A stretch of DNA of 60,041 nucleotides, filler included, from Hausera hauseri (GCA_046269625.1; 10 parts of 10 records of this genome joined end to end with filler, not necessarily neighbours in it), one strand, 5' to 3'; counted from the first letter of the whole stretch, positions 37,415-51,325 are shown. The notes: generated by a model not told the origin, from the letters alone. Numbers and translations: made by a program.

Positions 37415-37867
37415 NNNNNNNNNNNNNNNNNNNNNNNNNNNNNNNNNNNNNNNNNNNNTTAATTAATTAANNNNNNNNNNNNNNNNNNNNNNNNNNNNNN
37501 NNNNNNNNNNNNNNTTAAATTGTCAGTGAATATATGTTTAGTTGGTGAATATAATCTAAGTACCGATGTGTTTGTAAAATAATTTGAAATATACTGCATA
37601 AGTTGGATGAACCAAGTAACACCTATATGGAAATATTTTCTAGACAAAAACAGTATAAAAATCCATTAACACTAGCTATAAGATAATTCCTGCTTTAACA
37701 CATTGACCGCAATCAGAAAAATTACCCAGACGCCACCGAAAACCGCAATATTAATTAAACATTTTACCACATATATGCATCCATACGCCAGCAAAAACTT
37801 TACCTGGGCGCCGAACATCCCAATATAAACCATATAATGACTGACGAGTATATTCGTCAGTGGCGCC

Positions 37868-40600
37868 CAGTCGCGCAGCCAGGAGTTTCCTGAGAGGGGG
37901 AATGGTGATACTATGTAAATGCCGTATTCTTCAAAAATGTGTACATTTTCTTAGAAAAACTTTTTTGTGAGAACCAGTGGGACTGTAGGTGGGTAACTGA
38001 GTGTCTTTAAGCATTTAGACTCCTTGACCAGATGCTACTGTTATGATGTGCTACTGATAATCCCCTTATTCCCCTATTTAGTTTGTTTTCTTTGCTCAAG
38101 AAAACTGTTTCCACCAGGCCCTGTAAGTGTGGATGGTATCTCCCGGCGCTAACTTATAGTTATCTTTCTCTCTACAAACCCAAGGCCTCTTGGAGACTGT
38201 GTTCAAAATATTTAAGAGAAGACAAGTGCACATGAAATCAACAATTCTCGTCAGTTTAAATCCCCATTTCACGTGAAGCCCATAATTCACAGATGTTGTA
38301 CAAAATGGCAATCGACGAGGAGCACGGTCAATGAAGATTTATAGAACTTGCTCTGGATCACATAGGATGCGCCGATGAACTTGGAGAAGTGCTAACCCAT
38401 TCAACCGCGTCTCAGATAAGGTGCTTCTCAATTCGGTTTGGAGGTGACGAAGTGCAGAAAAAGATCTTTCTGCTGAACAGCCGGTGACTGGGAGAGTAAC
38501 AATGAGCTGCAACAAAATGTTAACATTTGTGAGAGCCTCTGAGCACTGACCGAGGACATTCAATGCAGTTTTCCGTCTCAAATCGAAATCTGCAGTAAGC
38601 CACCGTCCTGGCCAAGCAAACAGTTCGCCTTGGAGGTCTGTGAAAGATCTCAAATCATCTTCGAATTGTTTCGAAGCATGCATGATCAATAAGATTCTTT
38701 CCTCAGAAATAATCATAATGGGAAGAATGTTTTGCAATTTCACTGTAAGATGCTTTTTCCCGAAAACTCTCTCGGAGATTGGTGATCGAATTTTCTGTAA
38801 ACTGCAGAAAGACGTTAAAGAGATAATAATCTTGCGGAGATTTAACATGAATGTCGGGACGATGGGTCATGCGTTTACTGATCCGTGGAACTGAAGGCTA
38901 AATGGTCATCGCAGCTGCAGTGTCGGTAGTTGGTTTGTAGATCTCGGAGTCGTAGTCCACATGCAGTGTTTTCAGACCAGACAATGTGGTTGATTGTAGC
39001 CGAAAGGATTCATACAGGTCAATGTTGGGTGCTTGCAATTGGACTGACACAAGGAGTGTTACAGAGAACATCGCGAAGCACATGGTCAAGGCATGGATAA
39101 AGGCGAATGTTGGGATGATATTTAGGAAATGAAGTGCAGCTGAAGCTGTGTGTGGGTTATTTGCATTCCCTTGAATGTCTTCCAGGGCGTTTAGCGTTGC
39201 TGGGAGAAGGTCACTGAACATGAAAATGACATCATACGCTCAATCCATCTTGTTTCGGGTACGGCTCTTAACTTTTTAGCTTTCGTAGACTCACCAAAGA
39301 CTTTTGCAATGCTTCTTTGTATCTGAAACATGCGGCTAGATGATTTATGGAAAAACAAAGGAACACTGCTTATCACTCCAATACAATCACGTACACCTGA
39401 AGCATTGCACGCTTTGGCTATAGATAAATTGAGTTTATGACTGGCTCAGTGTGAATAATGTGCTAGGGGTTGCAATTTCAGGATCTCTGACTGTGCACCT
39501 CGATATCGTCCATTCATATTGGCTCCACCATCATAGCCTTGTCAACGATGGTACTTCAAGCTTAAACACATGTTTTTGCAGATAGGTTTTAAGTGCTGCT
39601 GCAATCCCTGCGCATCTTGCGTCGGAGGATATATCAAGGAAACTTGTAAAATCCTCACAGATGGTCATGCCATCCCGTCGATGTCTAAATAACGAATACA
39701 TACAGATATTTGGGACTTACTTGCGACATCTGTAGTTTCGTCAGCAATTAAGGCGTAAAAGCAAACTTTTTGGATTGCACCACAAGTTGTAAATGAATGA
39801 GTGCACCACAGCTGTGGATAATTTGATTTTGAATGCCAAACTTGCCATTTGGACGTTGGCTTGACTTTCTTGTAAATGCCGAGTAAGTTCTTCGTCTCCA
39901 GCGTCCACCCTGAATCGCAGTAATGCGCGGAAATATCCATCATTTTGCTGACAGTCGTTCTTATCCGTTGTAATAGTTCCAAAATCACGATGTCCTCTGA
40001 GAGTAGGTTATTACATCTTCAGAAGATAACTGTTTTTATTATGGACTTTAGACGATTTCTATTTTCTTTCACAGCGGATGCATACTGATTGTCCAACTAG
40101 AAATGGATATCATCTACATTATTCTTCTTTTTTGCAAGAAGGGCGTCAGCCTGAAAAACGGAGAATGAATAGTACTGCGTACTTTCGTGAGTATCAAAGA
40201 CTTCCAGAGCATTCTTGTATTTTTTCAAGGGCTTAGTAACCAAACTCCCCAGATTTTGCGCTTCTGGTTACCAGTATATCGACAAAATAGTACCAATGGT
40301 CTACAGAATGCACCCTCACACTCTGGTAATGAACTCTAGAACAGAAATGGATAACGATACAAGTACTCGTGTTTGAATCTATGTTGTGATCCAGGGCGCC
40401 AACATGCTGTCAGGAGTTTATACAGTATCTCTTCATCAGTTGCTGGTGATGTGACGTAACGACCAATGTCTAGTGAATCACACTGGGCTGGTTGAGAAGG
40501 CTGACAACTTGAACTGTCGTAGACTGTGGTCAAATGAGGAGCGACCCGTGAAGTCACTGCAGGAGAATCATGAGGCTCAGATGATATTTCTAATGACATT
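37868..40600 (-). mobile_element. hAT DNA transposon (ZMYM1/P52rIPK-like transposase), decayed
   Basis: YALIADETTD, QGYDGGANMNG, H..ASHKLNL, ETRWIER, LPVTGCSAERSFSALR..LRSTLSETRLNGLALL; candidate terminus CAGTCGCGCAGCCAGG..GGGGG at 37868. Confidence 0.9.
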
Positions 40601-40803
40601 TACGTTAATGTTGTTAGTAGATTGCGTCTATACCATCCCGACCTCAACATTATTTGATGATTGTAAGATTGATTTGTCCATAAGATATTTATTATAAAAG
40701 TTTTTTATAACAATTATCTTCTTTACTCATTAAATGAGTCTTATTTTCCTCCTTTCCTGAATTTCCTGTCTTTTTATTGGTTATTTATTGAATTAACTTT
40801 GAA

Positions 40804-41100
40804 TTGAATTTAAACATTACTATCCGTTTAAATTCATCCTCACACGCCATTTTCTTTCGAAATTCAGCGGAATATAAAGTCAAAGTATATGGCTGTTATG
40901 AGCCAAACTACCTACACTGCATCAATTGTTTCTTGAATTGGGGAAAGAATGAATGTCCTCATTGTAAGAAACAAAATGACAGAGTGGTAATTTACAATGC
41001 TGCCTGTAAACCACTTTCAGTCACCTTTATTACAAACCTGACTAAAGTGGGTGACGAACAATGGTTGGATTCAGACGATGGTTTTCAATGTACTTTTTAG
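40804..41100 (+). CDS. Small Cys-rich (RING-like) ORF, probably a Polinton accessory gene
   Basis: GC..P...HC..CF..W....CP.CK pattern; lies just upstream of pPolB. Confidence 0.45.
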   Translation: MNLNITIRLNSSSHAIFFRNSAEYKVKVYGCYEPNYLHCINCFLNWGKNECPHCKKQNDRVVIYNAACKPLSVTFITNLTKVGDEQWLDSDDGFQCTF

Positions 41101-41569
41101 AATTTAATGTACTGTTCGAAATAAATAAATAGGTATTTTGTCTTATGTCTTATCAATTTACATTTCTTAACTTTACAATTGCTTTTTATAATATAAATAT
41201 CAGACCATCAATTGAAATATCATTACTAAATAAACTCTGAAGTTATCAGCTGTGACAAAATGATAACGTATTACAGAATATGTTATTTTATAAATGAATC
41301 TTTGTAGATTTTATATGTTAATAAATATTTGTGTTGTTTAGTCTTATTTTCTTTTGACTTCTTTGTAACAAAAATAAACAAAGACATTGAGGTTTCACAT
41401 ACTTCATCCTTAAATTTCATTGGCTGAAATTTACTATAAATAGTGTTGAAATTACTTTTTCGAAATACGATTTTATTACTTACTTTATTTTTATTTTATC
41501 ATATTTTAGAATTGCAACTACAAATATTGCACTAATCAATTCCAGACACAGGAAAAGTGTGACGCAGTC

Positions 41570-44440
41570 ATGGAGAAATATTATGACATTCAAATGGACG
41601 GATCTCAGTTTTATGTCTGCCCAAAATGCGAACTCATTTCCTAAGTTCAAAAAACATCATCAGCACTGCCTATGATATTTCACCAAATCCAAAAAATCAA
41701 TCCTGAAAGATCACACGGATATGATTAGAATGACCAAACAATTTGTAACAAATCATCAAATACCAATAACATCAGCCCATCAACAATAACAGCAACCAGT
41801 TAAGCAATTAATCAAAGGAAATACAAATAAGAAGACTGCCAAAAAACTGAAACTTGATGATCATTCGATGATTAAAAAGACTGCTCCTGTACAAAAAATA
41901 AGATTCGATATACCATCTGTTATCGACAGTAATTACATTAATCTTTGTTTTTATGTTGCGCCCGCCCAACTCATTTCTACTAGACCATCTGAAGAGATTC
42001 TGTCTATTTTACATATGTACACTTCTCGATTTTCATCTTACATGATTCAGTACGGTCTGGAAATTTTGTTTGCGAATACTGAAAGAGACTATAAGGAAGC
42101 TTACATTTCTCATAGGGCAGTCCCTTATAAACAGTCTTATCCCAAATCTGTAGCCGATAGTTTGTGAGAGCAAACTAGGAATTTTGCTGAAATGAATAGT
42201 GGATGGAAGATAGTTAAGATTTTGAAATACTGCTTTCATATAGTAAAAACAAGCCCACTACCTTATTTCTCTGGTAGATCAAATCTGCCAACACCTGACG
42301 CTTTTAATTTTGCAAAGGCAGTTATCAACGTACAAAATGAGGATAGCTTATGCTTCTTGTACTCCATACTTGTTGTGACAAAGTATTATTCTACTGATAG
42401 TCATAGGTATCGAGTCAGTAATTACATTCCATACTTAGGTGATTTGAAATATTCTTTGCATGATATGCCTATGAAAATTTGCAACATAAGTAAATTAGAG
42501 AGACAGAATCCACAACTTCCCATTAATGCCTTTTTGTATCATGAGGATGATGATGTTGACTTCGATGTAGATATAGTAAAAAATCCATTCGCTGATATTT
42601 TGTATATAAGCAAAATCCGAATGGTTCTGTAGTTAACTTGATTTTGAAAAATGATGATAATTTCCACTACGTTACGGTTCCTAATCTTAATCGACTATTG
42701 AACGCACGGTCTAACAGCATGAGAATTCAATGTAAGCATTGGTGTGAGAAATGTTTACATGACTTTAGACTTTAGACTGCTTACGCTAAGCATTTACCAA
42801 TGTGTATGTCTTCTTCCAAGTGAAGGGATTTGTACAAAATGCCCGAAAAGAAGTTTTGTAAATTTACGGACTGATCAAAATCCATAAGTCCACCTTTCGT
42901 TTTATATGCCGACTTTGAATCTGTTGCTTGTCTCGACGGTACGGTTAAACATATTCATTTGCCTGCTGCAGCCTATCTCTTGTTAGTTTTCTCCACAGGT
43001 ATTGAATATAAGCAATTTATAGGTGAAAATTCCATAGTTGAGTTCTTGGCTTGTTTAGAAGAATTGTGAAAACTGTAGTTTTCCCTTGGTACGAAAATTC
43101 AAAAAAACCGATGATCCCGTTAATATCTGCTGAATGGTATCGTTTTAAAAATGCCACAACATGTTACCTTTGTCACAAAAACGGATCGGACTTTGTTCTG
43201 TGATCACTACCATGTTACGGGTAAATTCTTAGGCCATGCTGCCAACAAATGCAACTTAGCACGACAGATCAGATACAATTTACCAGTTATGTTTCACATT
43301 TTGCGTGGATATGATCTTCATCAAATCTTAAAACACACATTAAGCAAATTTAATACTTGGAAATTAAATGCTATTCCACAGATTACTGAAAGATTTTTGA
43401 CTATATATGCAATGATAAGATGTTCGTGTAAAAAGTCTGTTACTATTAGATTTCTGGATACTCTTCAGGTTTTACCGGCTCCACTAAAGAATTCAGCCTC
43501 TAATTTATATAGTTACCCATTTACAAAATCGGCTTTTCCTTCGAATATCATTAAGGGAAATGGTATTTTTTAATACACTGCAACCAAATCTTTCAGTGAC
43601 TTGCAGTCGATTTCTGATTTACCATCTAAATGGAACGGTATTAGCGATAGTGATTATGAGGAGGCTCAACCTACCTGCTTGAGATATAGGTGTAACAGCA
43701 ATTAGGTTATATGTTGGTATACATGAAACTTTTTGTATACTTGTTAGGAGATGTTTTTGAACGGTTTAGAAAGGAGGTTAAGTTACAGAATGGTTTAGAG
43801 GCAATTCCCGATTATTTTGGGCAACAGCACTGAAAACAAGTAAAACAAAACCGGCGTACATTAGTGAGGCTGTGCTTTATCTTTCCCAGTTACGATTGTA
43901 TGAAATAAATTACGTCGAGTTGGAGACTTATAAGCAACAGTTTAATTGTGAACTTAATATTATTGCCGGTGACGTGGACAGGTTTTCATCGAATGCCATA
44001 AAGTTAACTTGCGAACGCAGCTCTTGCCGGCAATGATAGCTAATAAACTGTTGGACACTTCGAACTATGATAAAGTGATCCTCTATACTTAACTCGTTTC
44101 GCTTCTGTAATAGGGAGATTTAAGGATTAGAGTAAGGGCTGTGTCGAGCATTATGAGGGGATTTTCCTAAGGCTGAAACCATATGCACTAAAAACCCAAA
44201 GCAAACCAGTCCCCAAATGCAAAGGGATCAACCTCAAACATACAGACTTACAGTTCAGCAACTATCTACAATGCATACGAAACCGGTTGTAGCACCATTG
44301 TGGATCAGGAGCGAATTGGAACCAAAAACACCATATAGTGACAATCCAATCAAGAAAAAAGGCGTTGGACTCGTTCGACGACAAACGCCAGTGGATCCAG
44401 AAAAACAAGTGTCGCAAACGGACATTATTCTACTTGATTG
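41570..44440 (+). pseudogene. pPolB: Polinton pPolB (copy 3), near full length but decayed, with central deletion
   Basis: SGW, KAVINVQNED..CFLYSIL, PFVLYADFES, DHYHVTGKFLGHAANKCNL (endonuclease-VII-like), FH..GYDLH, RFLDT, GDV(D), FDDKR; polymerase motifs A/B missing near 43800. Confidence 0.9.
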
Positions 44441-44485
44441 TAAATATTTGTTATAAAAATAAAAGCTTTTTTGTATGTCTTTTTA

Positions 44486-44689
44486 TTAATAGTAAATACA
44501 TACACTTTCAGTTACAGTGCTTTTACATTTTGGACATAGCGTTACGTTAGAACACTTGTTACATACAACGAGATGACCATACATTAGGAATACCGTATCT
44601 ACGCTATTCTCTTTACATGGCAAACATACGAACTTTGACTCCACTCTCTTCTTTTGTATGTTCTTCAATTGTACACAAAACTTTTCCAC
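44486..44689 (-). CDS. IAP-type RING finger ORF (one Cys mutated)
   Basis: CLPCKENSVDTVFLMYGHLVVCNKCSNVTLCPKCK = C..C..VF.PCGH.V.C..C..CP.C pattern; convergent on pPolB. Confidence 0.75.
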   Translation of the reverse strand: MEKFCVQLKNIQKKRVESKFVCLPCKENSVDTVFLMYGHLVVCNKCSNVTLCPKCKSTVTESVCIYY

Positions 44690-46718
44690 AGTATTAAAAT
44701 ATTCTACAACAGAAAAAGCCTAGAATGATGTCAAGATATCTGGTTGAGACATTTTCATAAGTGACACTTACACAGCGGTATTTATAGAAATTTAAACAAA
44801 GTNNNNNNNNNNNNNNNNNNNNNNNNNNNNNNNNNNNNNNNNNNNNTTAATTAATTAANNNNNNNNNNNNNNNNNNNNNNNNNNNNNNNNNNNNNNNNNN
44901 NNAAGTTTGAAAATTCTCCCTCTCAATGCAGTAAAGCATAAAATTTTCTAAGTTCCTCTCTGAATGTATTTATATATATATGCCTTTCTCGCATGTCTTT
45001 AAAAATAATAAGCAAGTAAGACTTTACTTAGATGATTAAGACAATTCAATACAGACTATTGCAAAGATAATCGTAGCAAACATTTTATGAGTATTTGTAG
45101 TTTTAGAGATAGTCCGGTATTGCAAGCTAGATTAATCACTTTATGTGTATTTGTTCTGTCATGGGTTCTCTACTGCTCGCAGATAAGGCTAGATAATTAC
45201 AATTCATAAAGACAACATAGCGTTAAATTTTTCGAAGTCTCGTACATGTACTTTTAAAAATTGACCGATCCGTCTGGGGAAAAGGGGGTATGGATTAAAA
45301 TTATATTTATAGTTATAGCATCATTTTACAATTAAGAAATTTATTGATTAAACTCACATAAGACATTTTGTGCGTGATGGCAAGCATCTTGTAAATTTAA
45401 CTGTTTGTGTGTCAACCGTGTTCTAGCGTTAGAGGACTCGGGTTTGAGTTCCCATTAGGCGTTGAATTTACTTTAAGCTGTAGGTTGCAGTCTTCATTTA
45501 CGTTTCTAAATTAAAAATGTAGGATTGTGAAATTAAAAGTATGTTTACAAATCCCTGTGTATTAAGAATTATGTTTACAAAATTCTAAGTATTTAAAAAT
45601 TGTGTAGTCAATTCTAAAGTTGTCATAATCTAAAATTCATTGCTTTCGTAAAATCATGCGTTTAAACCAACCCTAGGAGCAGGGTTCGAGTGTCGAATAA
45701 GCGTGTAAAATCACTTTAAGCATTAGGTATTCCACTTTATGCATGTTAATATAAGGTTAAAAAGCAAAAAGGTAAAGTACTCGTAACCATACAGGGTCAA
45801 ATTCATATAAAATAGCAAAGTTTTGCCTTTTACAGTAAAAATAGATAGTCTTTTATGCTAACGAATTTTAAATTTCTATAACCCCAATTAATACATTTAG
45901 ATCCTAAAAGCCTTTCGCGAAATAATTATTCATTGATTCATACTTAAAAGTACATAGATGTGGGGGTACATTGTACCGGGTAGTGGTGGTGGGCCCACAT
46001 CTTACTATAAAACATATATTCTTTATTTAAATTTCAAGTAAATCAAAAAGTTTGTGTGACAAAATTCCTCATAGTCTAAAAATAACGTTCAAAGACCCCA
46101 TAGAGAGCACTACTCGTCAAAGCAAAAACCCATTGTTATTCGACCCATGAAGTCAGAAAACATGCCAGTTCCGAAAATCCTTCACATTTTAAAGTTTAAA
46201 ATTTTACAACTTTAAAAAAAAATTCGTAATTTAAAAAAATAATCTTGTAATTATTCACATGTAAACAATTACTATTAACACACAGTTCTTTCATCTTCGA
46301 AATACAATACCGCGGGTATATCCTATAATCGACTAAGTCCCGAAAAAGGTTACAAAAATCTAAATGTAGCCTAATTTCCTCGGTGAAAGTTATATTCGTA
46401 TACATTAGTACCTATTCAATAGTATGCTTTTGATGCAAAACTATTTGCTATTGCATTCTAAAACTGTTCAATTTATATTAAAAGTTCCCATTGTATATAT
46501 ATTCTCATATTAAAAAGGGTGTCACCATCGTGCAGCATTAAGTTTATTTAAAAATTTATATTTTAAAATGTATATGGATTCTTAAAAATTAAAATTAAAA
46601 TTACCACCTTTACTCTTTCGGTATTCCCCTTCAAAAAAAAATCACAAGTCCAAACATAGTGTGAAAAATATTCCAAGTCTCAAAATAACCTCTATTTAAA
46701 AAATAGTTTCAAAAAATC

Positions 46719-47675
46719 TCACGAGAGGGCGCCACCAGCGACCTAAAGCACCCTGAAAAAATTCTAACTCCCGCAATTAGCCATCATTAATTTTAATGAA
46801 TCCCCCATCGTTTATGCAATGCTGCACCAAAAATAAGAAGTTCCCTTTTTATCCGTGAGAGGGTATCACCCGCGACCTAAAGCCGCCTGAAAAATTCTAA
46901 GTCCGCAATTATATATAATAACTCATTATCCTTAATAAATCTTCATTCAACTTCCATTGTTTATTCAAAGCTGCGCTCGAAAAAATTACAAGTCCGAAAA
47001 AGTAAGAAGGATATTCCCTTTTCGCATTTTAATCCCAAGTCCCGTTGGCCGAGTGGTGAGAGCGTTGGGCTATCATGCCTCTGGTCCCGCGTTCGAACCG
47101 CGGCCACCGCACATTCTTTTGCAGCATGCACGCCGGTCTTTCCGATAGAGGGCGCCACTAAACATATTGGGTGAGACCTCCCATGAGTTCTAAGTCGTAC
47201 CCACAGAGGGCAGCACCAAAAAAGGTAAGTTCTAAAATTTCTTTCTAGGTAGTTTCCAAAAGGACCGCCAGGGGGCGCCACCACCGTTGTTGCCATACCA
47301 ACTCAACAAAGTTCCTATGTTGCCATCCCCCACAAGAAACTTCTGTGTTGCCATCTCAGAATCAGAAATTCTGAACCGTGACGTCATCCAGCAGCAGCAG
47401 GAGGTAAACCCCTCAACCTGCAGCAGCAGTCACCTCCACTCCACTCAACCTGCCTACGTCACTTCCCCTTCCGCCTACGTCACTTCCCCCTCCATCCCTT
47501 CCCCCTACGTCACTTCCGCTGCGACTGCTGCCTCCGCACTCCGCAGCATTTCGAGTGGCCGTGAACTCTCCTTTTTTAACTACTTGGAGGTGCCTCCCCA
47601 ACGACTCCCTTCGACTTCAAACTTCTCCCCTGATGTCACGTGACCTTTGGCCACGCCCCCTTAGGCCACGCCCCC
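46719..47675 (+). promoter_or_regulatory. Dense array of CTCF-like, X-box-half, CRE/ETS, E-box and GC-box motifs
   Basis: AG(A/G)GGGC(G/A)-type sites at 46719, 47142, 47200, 47265; GTTGCCAT x3; ACGTCACTTCC x3; GTCACGTGAC; GGCCACGCCCCC x2. Confidence 0.55.
47039..47110 (+). other. tRNA-derived (SINE-head-like) sequence with Pol III A and B boxes
   Basis: TGGCCGAGTGG (A box) and GTTCGAACC (B box) with a T-arm stem; acceptor stem does not pair. Confidence 0.6.
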
Positions 47676-50399
47676 TGATGCTCGGATGCTCACCATTTCG
47701 TATGAGTGTGAACCGGTAAAAATCATCTACTGACGCAAAGGCAGAAATAAGTGTCTCAATAGGATTTATTCAAATCGTTTCAGCTAGCAGTTTACAGTAA
47801 GCAAACAAAAATAAAAAATGCGATAACATTCATACTGATATATATATATATACAGCAGCATCTGCATTCTGAACGTGACCTTAGAAGTAGACTGTTACTT
47901 TAAAGAACATTATACCAGTTTCCTGAACTTCTTACAATTATATGTTTATAGAGTTAGGTTTACACCATTACAAGCAGACGGATATACTTTAAACCGTTTT
48001 CGAAAATACATACCTAATTCATTTGGGTTACATTATTTTATCAAAGTATTGTCAACATGTGCATAAGGAAAAGACGCTCTGTATCAGAAATAATTCAGCT
48101 CTGGGAAAATATATGGACTATATAGCTTCTAGTACGTGAATAATGTTCTCGGTTGTCATGAAATACGTCTAGGAACAGCATACAATTGAAATGTGTCTCA
48201 ATTATAAATGTTATGTAATGCAGTACGATAACGTATTCGAATGATTCGCAGTATTGAACTTATATACATTTTATTATTTAAGTTCGTATATAGAAGCAAA
48301 GTTTAGTTCACAATCATCAGCGTCCCAAACAACGAAGCCTTTCAAAATAAATTTCTGCACATATTAAAAAAATGATTTCTGATATGTCCCATTTCATTCT
48401 AGATGCCATTACATTCTGCTTCACGAACTCACATCGTATCATTCGATGCCTTTGCACATTCTGTCTACGTTCACGAATAAAGTCCGTTTCCTTTCGAAAT
48501 ACCTTCTGGAAGTGGATATGTTCTTTTCAAGTACCTCTACACTGAAACGTTGCTAATACCGCATCTCCAAGTACTTCATCGAAAGTGATTGGTGGAAACT
48601 ACGTACGTTCGGGATAATTCTCCTAAAATTTCCGAAGGAACTTCGGATAAAAGCGATTGTCCCGAGTTCTGACGTCACGAAAAACGATTGTCTGGACCCT
48701 TCAGTCCTGAATTGGAAAAGGCAATCTGATCGCTTTCATACAGGAAGCGATCGTCTTTAGCTCATGTTGTTTACGTAAACAAAGATGGCGCGTGGAACGT
48801 GGCTTTTCTCACGTTGCCCTGGGTGGTTTCTTCGGCATTCTCCTATGTTTCTACGGGTGTCAAAGTGCTGTCTTTTCTATGTAATCGACGGGGAGTTACA
48901 AGCGGATCAGAAGAATCAAGCGTAGAAGTCTCATTTATATATAATAAACCTGAATTTTGAAGATGGCGCACACCGTATTCCAAGGCAATCTAACGAAAGA
49001 CAGTCGTCTTCCAGACCAACAATTGTCGAAATTTGAAAGAATTCTCCATCTGATTGGAAAGAAATCTGTCAGTGGCATAACGGACGTGATCTGCGACATA
49101 GCGGAGGTAAGAAACGACTTAAATAATGTCTTTTTTTACAGTGCGACTTACATGAAATATATTTTAATGAATTAGTCTCAATACATATATTCAGAAAACG
49201 TATTGCAAAATGTTATGCATGTTCACCAGTATTCATATGGCATTTTCGTGTAGCTAGCTAATTGAACGTGAAGTTTAAATATTACTTACTGTTATGGCCA
49301 TGTTACGTCTAATATACCATGCATTTAATTTTTTCTTTATCGAACTTTGTTGAAACGGAAATATATCAGTTTCGGGGCGTTTTAGTTTGGGGAAATACAT
49401 GCAATTTGTAATACTTCAGGAAAGAGGGCCGAGAAACGAAGCCGAAACACCTATCATAAATATCATAATATTATATTTTAAAAAAACAAACCCTAAAACA
49501 TTTGTATATAGAATAGTTGCACATTATAGTTCTACCAGGTAACTATTTACGCATATAGTTAAATTGTGATTTTTGGAAAAAAAATGTGCTACCAAAGAAA
49601 AAAACAGAAACCATCAAATCTTGTTTTATTCTCAAATTTCAACGATTCACAGAAGTGCATTTCTTGTCACAAATAACGCTCTAACTGAAATGTATTCCAG
49701 GAGTGATTTTATCAAATTTTCGTCTGCCAACGATAAAAACTCTGGACATATTTATCTTTCTAATTTGACGACAATTTCACAATTCGTGTTCCTTTTATGG
49801 CGTTTTAATATATCTTTCCATCGGTTTTATATAAACAGTGCTGTATAATTTCCAATTTGATGACTAGCGGGTATATATTAATCAATCTCGTACTTGTGTG
49901 TTTGATGATTTCTCAGAAAGGAAAATCATTTACGTTTGAAACCGAGTACTGGCATCAAAGTTTGAAGTCTTCATTTATTTTTCATTCCACGAGATCGATT
50001 TTAAACCCATAGCGGGGTAGTGGTATATAATATATACAACTTAATATTGAAATTTTTATTTCAGTATCTATTGAAGCATTTTCTTCAAAAATTCTAATTA
50101 AAATACAGTTTGTCCTTACCTTTGCGTATAAAAAATAACAGCACCAACATTTGATCACTCTAAAAGTTATAAGAAAAGCATTCCGATATTGCGGCAAGGA
50201 AAGGACAGTGCAGCGAGGAAAGGGTCGCTGAAATGTCCCGCAGATAAAGTGTTAATAAACAGTCGTGTGTCCCATGAATAATAAGAAGATTTTGCGGCGN
50301 NNNNNNNNNNNNNNNNNNNNNNNNNNNNNNNNNNNNNNNNNNNTTAATTAATTAANNNNNNNNNNNNNNNNNNNNNNNNNNNNNNNNNNNNNNNNNNNN

Positions 50400-51325
50400 A
50401 TTTTCGTCTTTGATCCATTTATTTCTTTTGATGATAGAAAAATACCTTGATAATTAGTTCTCAATACTTCTTCACTACACTTATTTACTACTCCAGCGAC
50501 TTTAAATCGCATCATTACTTCTGGGTTTTCCGAATATACAATTGTAGCTAATTCCGTCATCTTAACTTCCTTTGTTTCTTCTTCATATGTCGCTGTCACT
50601 TTCTCCGCCGTTTTCCCACTGTCTTGTTAAATTATCCTTCTTTCAATAGCATCAACTGGCATTTAATTGCAGATATTTCCCACGTCATTTTTGACTCACC
50701 AGTATCGCATTAGACATTATCATATTCACACTCACTCACAGTCGTCATTAATTTCGTTTGTGAGTCGAATAATCCTTCGTATTCCTTCAATTGGATTTGA
50801 TAATCCTCTATAGCTACCGATCTAGGTGCAATGGTACCTCCAAAGTCGTAGTCCACTCCTTTGCGGTCCCTTCCGTTGTTTTGTCTATTCTTCCCGCTCT
50901 GAAGATTCTGGTGTATTTTATTCTATTTCGGATTGCGGGTATATGCGCATTTTGAATAGTTATTATGCCAATCTTAAAAACATCCTGACATTCTGCGCGC
51001 GATATTATTATCGGTTCAAACGATGTTGTGGGTTCGATGATGGCCGAATTTCCCGAATAATAGGCACAATTAAAAAGAAAAAAATGCCCTCTTTACGTAA
51101 CATTCCCTAACTTTCACTTTTATAAATTCAGATTCTTGATAAACCAAGTATGTATGGCAAATTGTTGTTTTCAGTTGTTCTGGGTCGGCTTCTGAACATT
51201 CCCTAAATCCAATAAAGAGTACTTTTGTCCTTCGCTAGGCTTTGAACAATCGTAGATCACTATACCTACTGCTCTTGGCATCAATAGTGACATTATTAAG
51301 AGGATCGGTAGGATTTCCATTATTG
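50400..51325 (-). pseudogene. env: Class III env glycoprotein, N-terminal half
   Basis: MEILPILLIMSLLMPRAVG signal, then IVIYDCSKPSEGQKYSLLDLG, ECYVKR..FNC, IIEPTT; homologous to 2406-3060. Confidence 0.85.

Noticed and set aside
47039-47110. Functional tRNA gene
   Set aside because: Acceptor stem does not pair and there is no convincing anticodon arm.
46957-47643. ORFs 46961..47296, 47287..47643 and 47413..47601 as genes
   Set aside because: Low-complexity translations arising from GC-rich reiterated DNA motifs.
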